DNA of 64,000 nt from Octopus sinensis. Taxonomy: Eukaryota. A program made the translations under genes and the position numbers. Within the stretch, counting starts at the first letter, position 1. Each line of letters begins with the position of its first letter. Location of the stretch: the NCBI RefSeq assembly GCF_006345805.1, contig NC_043014.1, forward strand, positions 4,278,001-4,342,000, written 5' to 3'. Shown here piece by piece: positions 1-13,700 of the stretch. Below the pieces are notes generated by a model. That model did no database searches and had not been told where the DNA came from. It was given only the letters and a program-made list of their open reading frames with translations.

Positions 1-1298
1 TCTCTCTCACGCACACGCACACATACTCACCCTTTGTCGGGTTGTCTAACATAAACATTCTCAAATCCTCTTATGATATGTCACGTTTCAAACGTCTATA
101 CCTGTAGACTATACAAAAACTACACGAGAAAGCTTACTCCTTTGTAGGTATTTGGTCAAATCAGAATATTATATGTTGTCTACTACGGACCAAGTGAAAA
201 GGATGTTGTCTAACCCCAGAATATAGATATCACTACGATAAATTACAGACAGGGGCTGGACTGAAAACCACCTAGTCGATCAAGAATTTCAAGCTGACCA
301 GCTTTGGATTGTAGATATCAAATACCGAGGCTGCTAACTGGTGATCAATTGTACTGGCTACGGATGGTAGTATTGTACGTGAGTGACCAGGGCTGAATAG
401 TGGCCACTTGACTATCATTAACTAGAGTGCCCAGTGATCGTAGGTGTGGGCTAAATTGAATAGAGACTATTAGAATTGATGACAGTGACTGTAAATTATT
501 AATGAAATGAATGTACAATGTAGAATGAGGACTGGACAAGCCACATACTGTAACTGATGGAAGAGCTAAGTAAAATAGAGAGAGACTAAATATTAGTGAG
601 AGAACACAACAGAGTACAGAATGCACTTCTATTCTTCTCCGCCTCACCGAAATCGTCCTATCGCTAAAACCTTGCTCTTTTCATGCACCACATCACCTCA
701 TTAATTATCCAGTATATCTTTGTAAGGTAATTACGACTCTTCCAATTCAAAACTCCTGCTTCCAAAAGCTTCCCCAATCAACCTCACATTCCTTTAAAAT
801 GCTCTAAGTCTACTCTTTACAAATCCTACACGTATCCTTTATCGGTCGCCCACTTCGACGTCCATTTATATTAAGCACTACGCCATCACTGAACCTCACA
901 ATTTTTCCTCCCACCTCGTTTCTCTGTATTGCATGAAAAAAAGTCTGTGTGATCATAACGTCTATGTAAGCCTGATTCGTCCGAGTCTAAACGAGAGGTT
1001 TAGCCACCGACTCTCGTATGATCGACTAAACAACATTTCATCGACGGTTACCCACCACTTATCTGCATCTCGTCGTCTCCCGTATTGTCCTACTCAAACC
1101 TCCTACAATTTCCACCATCCAAAATATCCCCGTTCACACGTGAACATCTTTTCCATTTCGGATAAACACGAGTGCATGCGTTATAAAATATCTTTCTTTT
1201 TCTCCATCTATTGACATCCACCGAAAAACACCTACCCAATGCAAACATACATAATTATCCACGTCGTAACCACAAACACTTACCCGTAAACACAAAAC

Positions 1299-1338
<40 letters not shown>

Positions 1339-1534
1339 GATGAGAAAGTAAATGTACAACTACGATTCAGCGACACACAGCTTACATATAGACACTAACA
1401 CATACACCACAATTCCTTCACACGCGACTAAACATGACTTCTTTTAAGGGTCAAACTGCAATGAATGTTTCCGTTATTTCATATATAATTTTGCTTAATA
1501 TCTTTTTTACGTAATATATTCTTACCAATTCTAG

Positions 1535-2034
1535 GTGTTGGTGGTGGACAACATTATTCCCATACTGGTGGCGGAAGTAATCTCTTGTGTCTACCCAAAG
1601 ATCCCATTTGGGCCAATTATACTGCAAATGTTGAAGATGGAGGTTGGATTTATGGCAGTGAATATCAACTACAGTTATACCCAACTAATAAAATCTTTTC
1701 TTTTGCTAACGCTGAATCAATTCATGATCACAACGTTCCGTGCGCTGTCTGTTTGACACGACAACCTGCTGTTGTTATGATGTTACCAGCCAGGACAAAG
1801 TGTTACCCTGGTTGGACGATTGAGTATTCAGGATATTTGATGGCTGAGCATCATACGAATAAGGGCAGACTTGAATATGTGTGTGTGGACTATGCACCAG
1901 AAGCTGATCCAGCGGGTTACAGAGACGAAAATGGAGCTGTATTATATTTCGTTCAGGCTGCTTGTGGTTCATTGCCATGTCCACTGTATGTCAATGGTCG
2001 AGAATTAACCTGCGTTGTGTGCAGTAAATACTGA
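1535..2034 (+). CDS. Last exon (exon 4) of array paralog U0; short-chain collagen C4 / spongin short-chain collagen-related (NC1-like) domain; exons 1-3 lie upstream of the window
   Basis: Acceptor ttctAG at 1533-1534. Open frame (G)VGGGQHYSHTGGGSNLLCLPKDP...HDHNVPCAVC...LPARTKCYPGWTIEYSGYLM...YVCVD...[30 protein letters not shown] ends at TGA 2034. Motifs match the invertebrate short-chain collagen C4-like family from memory; no search was run. Confidence 0.85.
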
Positions 2035-3707
2035 ATCGAATTTACATTCGTTTCTATATGAAAATTTATGTCGGCGAATCATAAAATATAATATAAGAAA
2101 GCAACATATACGTTTCTTGAAATTGTGTTTCGCAATATCTTATCCAACTAATATATGTCGTTAAATAAATTGCTGCTACAAGTTTTCAGAAAATATTCAA
2201 AACGAAACAACAGAGACGTCATAGAATGTGACAAATAGCTTAACAGAACGATGTAATCCTCGGGGAATGATTCTAGAATACATTGTATGAGGTTCAGTTT
2301 ATCAAATTTAAATGTTGAAATAAAATGATGATTCGTTTAAATGTGTGTTGTATTCCGTCTTAAAATGAAAACTATCCCTAAATGAAACGCCTCCGTACAA
2401 ATATATCACCCTTCCATGATCAATCTTCAGAAAACACGAAAAAAGCTTATAACTAACATCACTAAATCATGATGGTTTAATTAAAAAAATTCTCCCATAC
2501 CTATCATTGTAACTACAATCGATGCGATGAAATCTCTGCAATCCAATCGCGGATATTACCTAATAAAGGATATTTGATATCCACTGAAGAAATACCACAA
2601 AATGTTGACTACCTAACTACTTGTCAGGTTACTAACACTTTGAAGTTTTCACGAAACACTTTCGACAAAGGTACAAGTACACGTCCCACGATTAACGATT
2701 TTCAACCTACATTCACATATTCCCGCTTTTCTACAAAAGTCACACACACACAGTCTCGCGTCACTTTACACACGCAGCCTCCTATCGTTCCCTGAACACT
2801 GATGTGCCAAAATAAAATATGAAACCACCATGAAATATGACTACACTTCAGGAACAGCATCAACCGAATCTACAGCAACACCACAAAACATCGAGTTCAA
2901 CAAATTATCTCCGTCTGTAACATAAAACTATCAAACTCGCAGAAGAGGAACTTGCTTCGAGATACATGCATACAATAACTGTAACACACATAAACGACTT
3001 AGTAAGGAAAGAAAGACGACTTATAAAATGTACATTAGGTGGAATCAGTGCAACATGTTGAGTCTTTCACACTCTACCCAGCATGATTGCTCCTTGTATG
3101 TGGGAGTTTGTAGAATGGCTGCCAGATAAACGAAGGTATCCGTGGAAAGAGGGATCTGTGGGTGGCAGCACGTTTTTTGTCCGATTCATTGCGTGCCATA
3201 AGAATGCTCGATTGTGAAAAGGCTAGAGAAAATGAATAATAATTAAGTAATATGAAAGCACGAAATGCAAATTGACAAATGAATATATGGAAACATTCAA
3301 CATGGCGTTCCAGTGAACAGTATTAGCGCTCAGTGTTAGGCATAAGCAATTTTTAGGTTCGTTAAAATGTGCTAATGGCATATTTCAAACTCTAAAGGCA
3401 AATTCTGTGCAAAAAGCTGCAAAAACAGCATGTCGGTCCAGTGCTGCTCCCTATCGGGTTCCAGTTCAGCCGTTATCAAAAGAAAATACCGAAGAGGGGA
3501 ATATCTGGACAAACTTAAAGCCATAGCTTTAACTTAAACATAGTCAACAACAACGAGTAAGTGACGCCATTAGAGCGCCAGGCTGGAGTCTGTCGTGAGT
3601 TACCTCCCTTCGGTATTTCTCTTTGATAAATTCTTCGCTAGAGGAGTTGACTTCAACCTTGTGCCCCAACAGTAACTGCGGTCGCTCGTACGGGCACGCA
3701 TCTTTCC

Positions 3708-3710
<3 letters not shown>

Positions 3711-3744
<34 letters not shown>

Positions 3745-4375
3745 AGTGTTTGTGTGTGTCAGTGTGTGAGTGTGTCAGTGTGTGTGTGTGTGTGTGTCAG
3801 TCTGAGTGTGTGTGTGTGTGTGTGTGGTGTCAGTTTGTGTGAGTGTCAGTGTGTCTGTGTGTGTGTCTGTGTGTGCGTGTGTCTGTTTGTATGTGTTTGT
3901 ATGTGTATGTGTGTGTGTGTCAGCGTGTGTGAGCCAGTGCGTGCGTGTTTGTGTGTGTGCGTGTCAGTGTGTGTGTGTGTGTGTGTGACAATGTGTGTGT
4001 GTGTCATTGTGTGTGTGTCACTGCGTGTGTGCCAGTGTGTGTCAGTGTGTGTGTCACTGTGTGCTTTTGGGTGTGTTTATGTCAGTGTCTGTGTGTGCGT
4101 CAGTGTGTGTGTGTGTGTGTGTGTATGTCAGTATGTGTGTGTGTGTCAGTGTGTGTTTCACTGTTTGCGTTTGTGTGTTTATGTCAGTGTGTGTGTGTGT
4201 GTGTCAGTGTGTGTGTGAGTGTATGTCAGTATGTGTGTGTGTGTCAGTGTGTGTGTGTGTAAGTCAGTGTGTGTGTATTTGTGTGTGTGTGTGTATGTAT
4301 GTCAGTGTGTGCGTGTGTATGTGTGTCTGTGTATGTGTGTGTGTCAGTGTGTCAGTGTGTGTGTGTGTGTCAGTG

Positions 4376-4408
<33 letters not shown>

Positions 4409-4430
4409 TTTGTGTGTGTCTGTGTATTTG
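3711..4430. repeat. Degenerate (GT)n/(GTGTGTCA)n tract upstream of exon 1; counterparts at 15100-16065, 33250-34190, 48520-48930 and 62540-63060
   Basis: Seen directly; it is the source of the many CV-repeat pseudo-ORFs. Confidence 0.95.
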
Positions 4431-4669
4431 TAGGTTGAACGAAATACTTCCCACAATGAATATTAAAACAGTTTCCCAAGAATAAACAAATAAAATTAAA
4501 TAACAACATTAGTAAATAAATATATCATAATATATCCAGAAACAGGAATCATTTCACTTTACACGTGTCTCTCATTCATCAACATATTTTGCTAATTATT
4601 GTGTGACAATATCAAACCATCTCTTTCCAATAATTAAACCTGTCAGACAAGTTCACACCCGCTTTTACA

Positions 4670-4760
4670 GTTCCACCAATCGCATTGGTTCATAAATTTA
4701 CGATAAGATCTATGCCAGAGCTGGGTTGTTGTGCGCTCAATAAATACGTGGAATTCAGTT
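4670..4760 (+). promoter_or_regulatory. Putative core promoter (Inr-like TCAGTT at 4755-4760, CCAAT at ~4676, GATAAG at ~4702), repeated before each exon 1
   Basis: Motifs lie about 90 nt upstream of the ATG and are conserved in all units. That conservation is expected from duplication, so the support is weak. Confidence 0.3.
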
Positions 4761-5419
4761 ACAGGTCTTCAGCTTAAACCTCGCATCTCGATCTTTTGTT
4801 GAAGCCACACGAAGTATCACGTACGACCGACAACTGTCACCAGAATGGATTTCGCACAACTGTCCAGGAATATTTCGCAGCGTTATTCCATTTCTTCTCT
4901 CATAGCTTTTGGGGTTCTTCTCGTTCTGACGATCGTGATTCTTCATCAAGATTCAAGAATAGGAAAAATGGAAGAGAAATCGAAAACGGTAAGTCATGGA
5001 TTTTGTGTTAATATAATTATGTCTTTACGTATTTATATATGCATGTATGTATGTATGCATTTACGTATGTATGTATTAATATGTGGATGTATGTACGTAC
5101 GGATGGATGGATGGATGTAAGGATGTATGCATGAATCACTTACATATGTTCCTATGGAGCACACACACACACATAAGATCACACACGTAATCACACACGA
5201 ACACACAGGCGCACACACCTAAACATACATATATATACATATACGTATATTTGTATATATAATATACATATATATGAATATATTAGTGCCTGAACATATA
5301 TAGATATATATATACAAACAAATATATGCGTCTGTGTATCTATCACTGTATCTCTCTGTCTATCTCTCTCTCTCTCTCTCCATTTATCTATATATATATA
5401 TATATGTGTGTGTGTATGT

Positions 5420-5461
<42 letters not shown>

Positions 5462-5484
5462 CGTGTTTGTTTGTATATAAATAT

Positions 5485-5700
5485 ATTCTTTTACCCGTTT
5501 CAGTCATTTGACTGCAGCCATGCAAGAATACTGCGTTCAGTAGGACAAATCGACTTCAGGAATTATTCTTTGTAAGCCTATTGCTCATTCTATCGGTATC
5601 TCTAGCCGAACCGCTATCTAACGGGGACGTAAACACACCGACATCAGTTGAGAATCGATAGCGGTGCGACAATAACAGACACATACATAAAACATAGATA
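5485..5700 (-). mobile_element. 3' remnant of family-2 SINE; copies at ~17118-17335, ~35241-35460 and ~50354-50570
   Basis: Reverse complement matches the gtttacgtccccgt...accgatagaat...cagcatggccgcagtcaaatgactgaaac tail of the 49791 element. Confidence 0.65.
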
Positions 5701-5917
5701 CATACACACTATGTGTGCTATACACACACACACACACATAAATCAATATATATATATATAGATATATATATATATATATATATATATCATATATACATAC
5801 ACACATATATAGTTACGTATGTATGTACATACATATCTATCTATCAATCTATTTATCTACATATCTATCTATCTATGTATATATCGTTCTATCTATCTAT
5901 CTATCTATCTATTTATC

Positions 5918-5998
<81 letters not shown>

Positions 5999-6704
5999 AT
6001 GGATATATATATATATCTATATATATATATACATATACACACATCCCAAGTAAACACAAAGAAGAGTGCAATTGTACTCCTGTCCGATCGCTCTTTCACC
6101 AGACATAATCCTGGAGAGGGAAATAAGTGCGTAATGACAAAGATCTAATGGTGGGGTTCTAGCATGGCCATGCCCTGTCGCTGCAACGTTTAGCCCTAAC
6201 AATATTAGTGTTAAGTATTTTATCTAGATGTACACTTACACACACGCACCGAAACAGACACATACAAACACACACATAGGAATACGTACATATTTACACA
6301 CATTTATCTATTTCTCTCCATCAGGAACGGAAGTGAGGCGAGTTTTTTTGAATCTTTTCTTTCCAACTTAAAATAAAACGTGCGATTGCCAATGTAGATC
6401 GGTGAATTTCGTAACGTTTGACTGTAATTCACGTTGGTTTTTATATATGACAATATGTAAGAACGAATGTAAATACATACACACAGACACACGGACAAAC
6501 ACACACACAAATAAACACAAACACACACACATACGCACGCACACAGACACAGGTGCTGAATTGTACACGAACAATCACACTATACAGTGTATGTCCACTC
6601 ACATATATGTGTGCGTTTGTGTGTGTGTGTGCTTATAACTAGATACGTATATTTGTGATATTTATGGTGTGTATGCTTATTTGTACGTGTTTACCTATAT
6701 ATTG

Positions 6705-6743
<39 letters not shown>

Positions 6744-6748
6744 TGTTT

Positions 6749-6983
6749 GGAGGCGCAGTGGCCCAGTGCTTCGGGTCGCGGACTCACGGTTTTAGGATCG
6801 CGATTTCGATTCCCAGACTAGGTTGTGAGCACTCTTTCGCTACAACTTTCTCCCTTTCTTCTGTTGGCCTGCTCGCTTAGCCAGCGGGCTGGCGTCATTT
6901 GAAGGCTAAAACAATGCGAAGCGCATTGTGACCAGCGATATGTAGCAACAACTGGTAGCTTGGTCTGTAACGGTGATCACGGA
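6749..6983 (+). mobile_element. tRNA-derived SINE (family 1); paralogous copies at 18281-18557, 37467-37727 and 51681-51914
   Basis: A-box-like TGGCCCAGTG, B-box-like TTTCGATTCC, and shared 3' part gaaggctaaaacaatgcgaagcgcattgtgaccagcgat...gtgatcacgga. Confidence 0.7.
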
Positions 6984-6984
6984 G

Positions 6985-8030
6985 TTATATGTATACACGC
7001 ACACACACACATACACACGTACATACTCACACACCAGCACAGATGCCCACATATACCTTTAACGAACAATACTCATACAGATGGGCACACACTTATACAC
7101 ACGTGTCACAGACAAACACGCACATTCACGTACTTAAGCGCACACACGCTCACAAGCACGCGCACGCACATTACGCCCACACAACTCCAAAAACCCTCAC
7201 ACACACACGCATGTACAAATTCACAGAAACACCGATACATATACATACGCACAACATATGCCTACACGCGCACACACACATACACATAAGTATACACATA
7301 TAGACACAGACACAAACACACACACGCACGCAAAACTCACAACCCCACGGATACACGTTTATACACCCATATACGCTTACACACATACAAACTCACACGT
7401 ACACGCACACACAACTACACTCACATACGAGACGCATGCACATACAAACACACACACACAAATGAACGCACACATACGTCCCATACACACGGCACACAAT
7501 TATACATACATGTATACACGCATACGCACAGATATTCGCCACACACCCAAACGCTACGCATACACATGCACACACACACACTACAAACAAAACACACACA
7601 TACACACACACGCGTGTCATCATTGCACATATACCCACATACATACACGCACACGTACACTAAGTAAGCACTGTTATTCGCCACACACCCTAACTCTACG
7701 CCTACACACATGAACACACACATACATACACACACACTACAAGCAAAACACACACATGATACAAATACATACACGCACACACACACATACATCAAACTAG
7801 CAGTACCTATTACTTGACCTGTGGTAGAGACAAAAGGAGCCACGCCCAATTCCTTCTTCCTTGACCTTAACACTACTAACCCTACAACACGCAAAGTTTA
7901 ACAGCCACAACCACACACACACATACACACACATGCACATACACATACACGTGTCATCATTGCACACATACACACATACACACACACGCACACGCAGACC
8001 TCCACACACTCTCTTATCCACACTTACACA
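6985..8030. repeat. Degenerate CA-rich low-complexity tract of intron 1; counterparts at ~18570-19680, ~37740-38250 and ~51920-53000
   Basis: Seen directly; it is the source of the HT-repeat pseudo-ORFs. Confidence 0.85.
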
Positions 8031-8327
8031 CACATTCCTCTTCCTCTACCTCTATTCTGTCTTTGAAAGAACTCATCTTCACCCATTTCCTTCCGGTCAT
8101 TCAAAATGTGGCCGCGTGTGTACAGTTGGCGATTTTTTCCTCTGTCTTCCCTCCTCTGGATCTTTCCTTCTTGTATGTTTCCGACGAAGAGCTCCACCCG
8201 AAACGTTAAACCCTCCTTCTTTCCTTATTTCCTGAGCGTCCAATAATACTATCTTTGTTCCACGTCCTCGCGTCGTTGTACTTTTGTGCTGTCATGTTTG
8301 GATTAAATTTACCTATATATATATACA

Positions 8328-8364
<37 letters not shown>

Positions 8365-8380
8365 TTTTATGTAGAAATAC

Positions 8381-8423
<43 letters not shown>

Positions 8424-8559
8424 TGTGTGTGTGTCTGTGTGTGTCTGTGTACTAGCAGACATCCCCGGCATTGCTGGGGATTGAAATGGCAAAGTTGGTA
8501 TATAATATATTCCAGTCATTTTGAAACAGGTGATATTGGAAAGTGCAACATTGTCAACA

Positions 8560-9060
8560 AAACATTTGTAGAGTAAATGCTCGGCTAATTCGACTAAGCA
8601 ACATGCTATGCGTCCGTTTGGAGTGTTTCAGGCCCTAACCTGTCATACAAAATTGGATGTGGGGTTTGTGTGATTTTTGAACGCACCGAAAAACTGTCAG
8701 TGGGTATACTCTCCTTTGCAGCAGTGTGCGCTGTGTGTAACACGAACTATCATCGGAAATTTTGACACCTCACGTCGGGTTTGTTGTCCTACATCACTCA
8801 TACAGTAAATTTGGAGGAACTGTGGTTGTTCATTCGCGGGTACCAGAGAACCAATAAGGCGATAGACTTGCCCTTGAACTTTGACGTCGGCGTAAATTCA
8901 TGTTTATCTATCTTCTTAGATTCACCAAACGATGTCATTTGAAATGCTGAGTTGTATTGTCTGATATTGTTCAGAAAATCCTTTGACCGGATTGAAGCGC
9001 CTTCTAGAAAATTCCTAAGGGGTTGAGATGGTAGTGTTGGCAATGTTAACTGTCCGAATA
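8560..9060 (-). mobile_element. Helitron Rep/helicase relic (U1 intron 1)
   Basis: Translation PSQPLRNFLEGASIRSKDFLNNIRQYNSAFQMTSFG, with QGQVY...PQFLQIY in a shifted frame, matches the Helitron FLxNIRxYNSxFQMTSFG...QGQxYH...FLQIY region. Frameshifted. Confidence 0.8.
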
Positions 9061-9599
9061 TGTAGTCATCTATTGCATTGTTTTAAGTTCTAAACGATAA
9101 TGAATACCCTGAAGTTCTATATATATGATGCTAGTTCTATTTTTTCACAGAACCGTTTCATCCCCAAGAAATCTCTCGACGATAAACCTGATGACACACC
9201 AAGTAAGAACAAATTTTATGGCTAAAGTCTTTTACCCGTGACTCATTAACTAATGATTTATAATTTCACCAACTTTGAATTAATTCCACATTACTATCCA
9301 TATGTCCACAATAATATATACTAAGACACTTGCCTGAATTTATTTAAAACTATGTTCTACTTAACAAGAATTCCCTAAATATAATGTTATTCTAATATAC
9401 TATGCCATTTATTGAGTATATATGAGTATATATGCAGTGATACGTCGAGAATTGTTTCGGTCTGGACGGTTCCACCGAGTGTGCTCTTCGCCGAGTGTCC
9501 GAGGCGGCCGGTATGTTCACTGTGAACAAATTAGAGTGCTCAGAGCGAGCCCCACCGGTTTGCATACGATAAGCATAGAATGCCCTCTTCTTTTGAGAA

Positions 9600-10720
9600 T
9601 CAAATGCCCTGAGCTGGCGCTTCACTGCGTTTATATCTACAATTCAGCATTCTGTCCACTCTTGTGTTTCCAATCATTCGTGAATACAGACCCGAAATAA
9701 TGATGTTCCACTTTCCTACACAGTGCGTATTTGTCAACCAATTCAGTGCACGTTGTTGGTGACCATCAGACGAATCTGGTAGCAGCATGTCGTCTACAAA
9801 TAACAGTCGACCGATCACGTAGAGATGAATTGGGATACCTCTACCACAATGGCTGCGCATATTCAACCAGATCACAAAAAAGAATATGAGAAGGGGCACT
9901 AACAATGCACACTTCAACTAAGTTACACCTTCACGTTGAAAACTTTCGACTTTTACAGAAATACAAACATTTGAACATCCATATAAGTACTTTATGGCAA
10001 CCATGATTTGCCCATTAAACTCACCTTCCTGGAAAACCATCCAAAACAATACCCAGGGCACGTGATCGTGTGCCTTTTCGTGGTTTATAGAGTTTAAACT
10101 TTGGAAATATTTCTGTATTTGCTGGAAGATCTGTTTTGAACGTCTAAAAGGTCGAGTGTACCGCGTGTCGGACGGTAATCTTGGGCGCGACAATTTTCCT
10201 ACATATCTTTTCTTGACATCTAGTGTAGACATTTCTATAATTCGACACACATCTCCTTGGTCTCTGTCCGAAGAAATTGTGATTGTCACCCTATATTTCA
10301 TTGCCTTGGTATTTTTTCCAGAGGTCCCATCCACCTAGCGTACATGGGACACTCAGAGAATACCATCTGTATTTAGGTTTCTAAAATATCAAGCCGAACC
10401 TGCTTTTCACCAGCAGCTATATCACTTTTAAGTGAGATTAGCTCAATAAGAGTTCAACCGAAGAAGAACCTGCCGAAAAAAATAATACAATCACGAATCC
10501 ATTTCGATGTCCAAGTTCATTCAGGTGGGTCACTCTCAATTTGGATGCAAAAGTCGGACAAACGAAATTTTTTAGAGCAGACATTTATTATATCTTACAG
10601 GCAGATTATATCTAACAATTCAGACAGTTTAAATTCTCAATTAAAGGTGTTGTTCCCTTCTTGATCTGCTTTGGTATCCTGAGACCGTCAATTTTTTGTG
10701 CTCCCACGCCAACACACCCC
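9600..10720 (-). mobile_element. Degenerate RTE-clade LINE relic (RT domain), internally deleted (U1 intron 2)
   Basis: Translations INHEKAHDHVPWVLFW (cf. DLEKAYDRVP), KCALLVPLL and RLLFVDDMLL (cf. LLFADD). Confidence 0.7.
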
Positions 10721-13700
10721 ATATTTAGTTCCAGGCTACTTGCTGGTTTCACCGGTATTGTGTGGGGTGTGCTATACATTTATCGAACGGACTCCTCTAC
10801 TCGAGATCCGGATGCGATGTCTTTTAACTAAATCGACAAATGATGCGGTAGGTTGTTATTTTCATATTGTAGTTATGATGGCCTTATTTGCGCCGAGCTC
10901 CAAACTGATATTTCTAATTGACCGATGAATATTCGCACCTGGCGAATATTTTATCATTATTGTATTGAGTTTTTATCATTATTCTATTGGGAATTATATA
11001 TACTCATACCCAAGTTTACGTATCATACATACATCCGTTCATAGCGAGACCGATACCATTCTGATATTCTGAGATTAAATCTCTCAAATCTTGACATCAA
11101 CGTCACCACCAACAGGCTCAACAGACAATGTCTTTTTTTTTCTTTCTTTACAATTTATTCTTATTATTTACATCTTCGTTCTGACTTTCATTCATTCACT
11201 CGTTTCTTTCTTAAATTCTATATTTCTCTCTTCTTCTCCATCAATTCCTTCCCATCCAACAATCTACTTTGTAAATGATTCCCAATTCTTTCTTTTAACA
11301 ACCTACATTATTTTCATTTTAATATCACAGAACCGGTCTCGGATCATTGTATACCCGATGGGGCAGAACAACTTGTCCTCCTTATTCAACCTTGTATATT
11401 ACGGTTAGTATACTTTATATTCTCACCTCTCATTCCTTTTTGTTTTACACTCGTGTCTCTTTTATCCTCTTATTCTCTCTTATTGCCTCTTTCTTTTTAT
11501 CTCTTTTCTTTTTTCTTTCTCTTCTTTCTCTCCCCCTCTCCCACCCTCGTCTCACACTCACGCACACACACTCACACCCCCTCACCTCACTCTCTCGACT
11601 GACATGGCTTCCTGACTAAACAGTTTCTAATCCTTTTATGATGTGTCACGCGTTCAAACGTCTATACCTGTAGACTATACAGACACACTCACAAGACTGC
11701 TTACTCCTCCTTCGTAGGTATTTGGTCAAATCAGAATATTATATGGTCTTCTCTACTACGGACCAAGTGAAAGGATGCTAACTGGTGATCAATTGTACAG
11801 GCGGCGATAGTGTTATTGTACGTGAGTGACTAGAGCTGAATAGTGGCCCACGTGACTATCATTAACCTAGAGTGCCCAATGATCGTAGTGTGGGCTAAAT
11901 TGAAAAGAGTCTATTAGAATTGATGACTGACTGTAACTGGTTAATGGAGTGAACGCACAATGTAGAATGAGGACTGGACAAGCCACATACTGTAACTGAT
12001 GGAAAAGCTAAGGACTTTATTCATTAAGTAAATTAGAGAGACTAAATATTAGTGAGAGAACACAACAGAGTACAGAATGCACATCTATTCTTCTCTCCGC
12101 TCTCGTCTCCGCCTCACCGAAATCGTCCTATCTCTGAAACCTTGCTCTTTTCATGCACCACATCACCTCATTAATTATCCAGTATATCTTTGTAAGGTAA
12201 TTCCGAACTTCCAATTCAAAACTGCTGCTACCAACAAACGCTTTCCCCACTCAACCACGTTCCTTTAAAATGCTCTGAATCTGCTCTCTATAAACCCTAC
12301 ACGTATCCTTTATTCGGTCGCCCACTCGCTCGTTCCATTCATCTTAAGCACTACGCCGTCACTGAACCTCACAATTTTTTCCTCCCACCTCGTTTCTGTG
12401 TATTGCATAAAACATGTCTGTGTTTATCATAACGTCTTTGTAAGCCTGATTCGTCCGAGTCTAAACGAGAGTTTTAGCCACTGACTCTCGTATGATCGAC
12501 TAAACAACATTTCATCGACGGCTACCCACCACTTCTCTGCATTTCGCGCGTTCGTCCTCTCCTCCTATTGTCCTACTCAAACCTCCTACAATTTCCCACC
12601 ACCCAAAATATCCCCGTTCACACATAACATCTTTTCCATTTCGGATAAACAACAGTGCATGCGGTTATAAAATGTCTTTCTATTTCTCCCATCTATTGAC
12701 ACCATCCACCGTATGACTACATGTATGACATGACATACATATATATGTTTGCATGACATACCCCATGCAAACATAAATAATAATCCCGTCGTAACACAAC
12801 AAATTCTTACCCGTTATACACACGCATATATATATATACAATATAATAGAGTTGCATGAAACAAACGTACCGCATTACTTCTGGATATACTTGTTGCTTA
12901 CTTCGTTTTATTTGATTTATTCTTACCAATTCTAGGTGTTGTTGGTGGACAACATTCTGCACAAACTGGTGGCGGAAGTATCTCTTGTGTCTACCCAACG
13001 ACCCCATTTGGGCCAATTATACGATAGAAGTTGAAAAAAGGTGTAAATTTATGGCAGTGAATATGAACTATGTTTATACCCAACAAATAAACTCTTTTCT
13101 TTGCTAACGCTGAATCAATTCATGATCACAACGTTCCGTGCGCTGTCTGTTTGACACGACACAACCCGCTGTTGTTATGATGTTACCAGCCAGACAAAGT
13201 GTTACCGTGGTTGGACAATTGAGTATTCAGGATATTTGATGTCCGGTCATACGGGCATAAAGGTAGACATGAATATGTTTGTGTGGATTATGCACCAGAA
13301 GCTGATCCAGCAGGTTACAGAGACGAAATGGAGTTCGATTATATTTCGTTCAGGCTGAGTGTGTTCATTGCCATGTCCACCGTATGTCAATGGTCCAGAA
13401 TTAATCTGCGTGTAGGGCAGTAAATACTGAATAGAAATTTACATTCGTTTTCTATATGAAAATTTAGTGTCGGTGAATCATAAAGTATAATAATAAAGCA
13501 TATATACGTTTCTTGTAATTGTGTTTCGCAATATTTATCCGACTAATATATGTCGTTAAATAATGCTGTACATTTCAGAAAAATTCAAAACGAAACAACA
13601 GAGACGTCATAGAATGTGACAAATAGCTTAACAGAACGATGTAATCCTCAGGGAATGATTCTAGAATACTTTGTATGAGGTTCAGTTTATCAAATTTAAA

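Larger units (their letters stand above)
4845..13430 (+). pseudogene. Paralog U1: 4-exon gene with frameshifts in exons 3 and 4 (pseudogene or unpolished assembly)
   Basis: Exon 1 4845-4988 (MDFAQ...EEKSKT, gtaagt donor), exon 2 9151-9202, exon 3 11331-11403 (73 nt versus 75 in intact copies), exon 4 12936-13430 (495 nt versus 500/497, several small indels). Confidence 0.6.

Noticed and set aside
200-1130. Intron-3 sequence with possible LINE RT-like remnants
   Set aside because: Similarity was only impressionistic; no intact motif could be identified by eye.
2574-2795. ORF MISTEEIPQNVDYLTTCQ... recurring after each gene
   Set aside because: It starts with TTG, length and frame vary between units (73, 79, 73 and 65 aa), and no motif is recognisable. 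It is probably duplicated non-coding flank.
3712-4485. Long Cys/Val-rich (CVCV), HT-, YI- and MYVC-repeat ORFs throughout the window
   Set aside because: They are translations of GT, CA, TA and ATGT microsatellites with no splice or domain evidence.
4700-4775. CTGAAGA on the minus strand near the promoter, and CTGATGA within exon 2, as further hammerheads
   Set aside because: There is no correctly placed GAAA, stem III, GUH or complementary stem I.
4755-5011. Alternative-frame and antisense ORFs over exon 1 (MMKNHDRQ..., MLKPHEVS...) conserved in all units
   Set aside because: They are shadows of the real exon; their conservation is explained by recent duplication.
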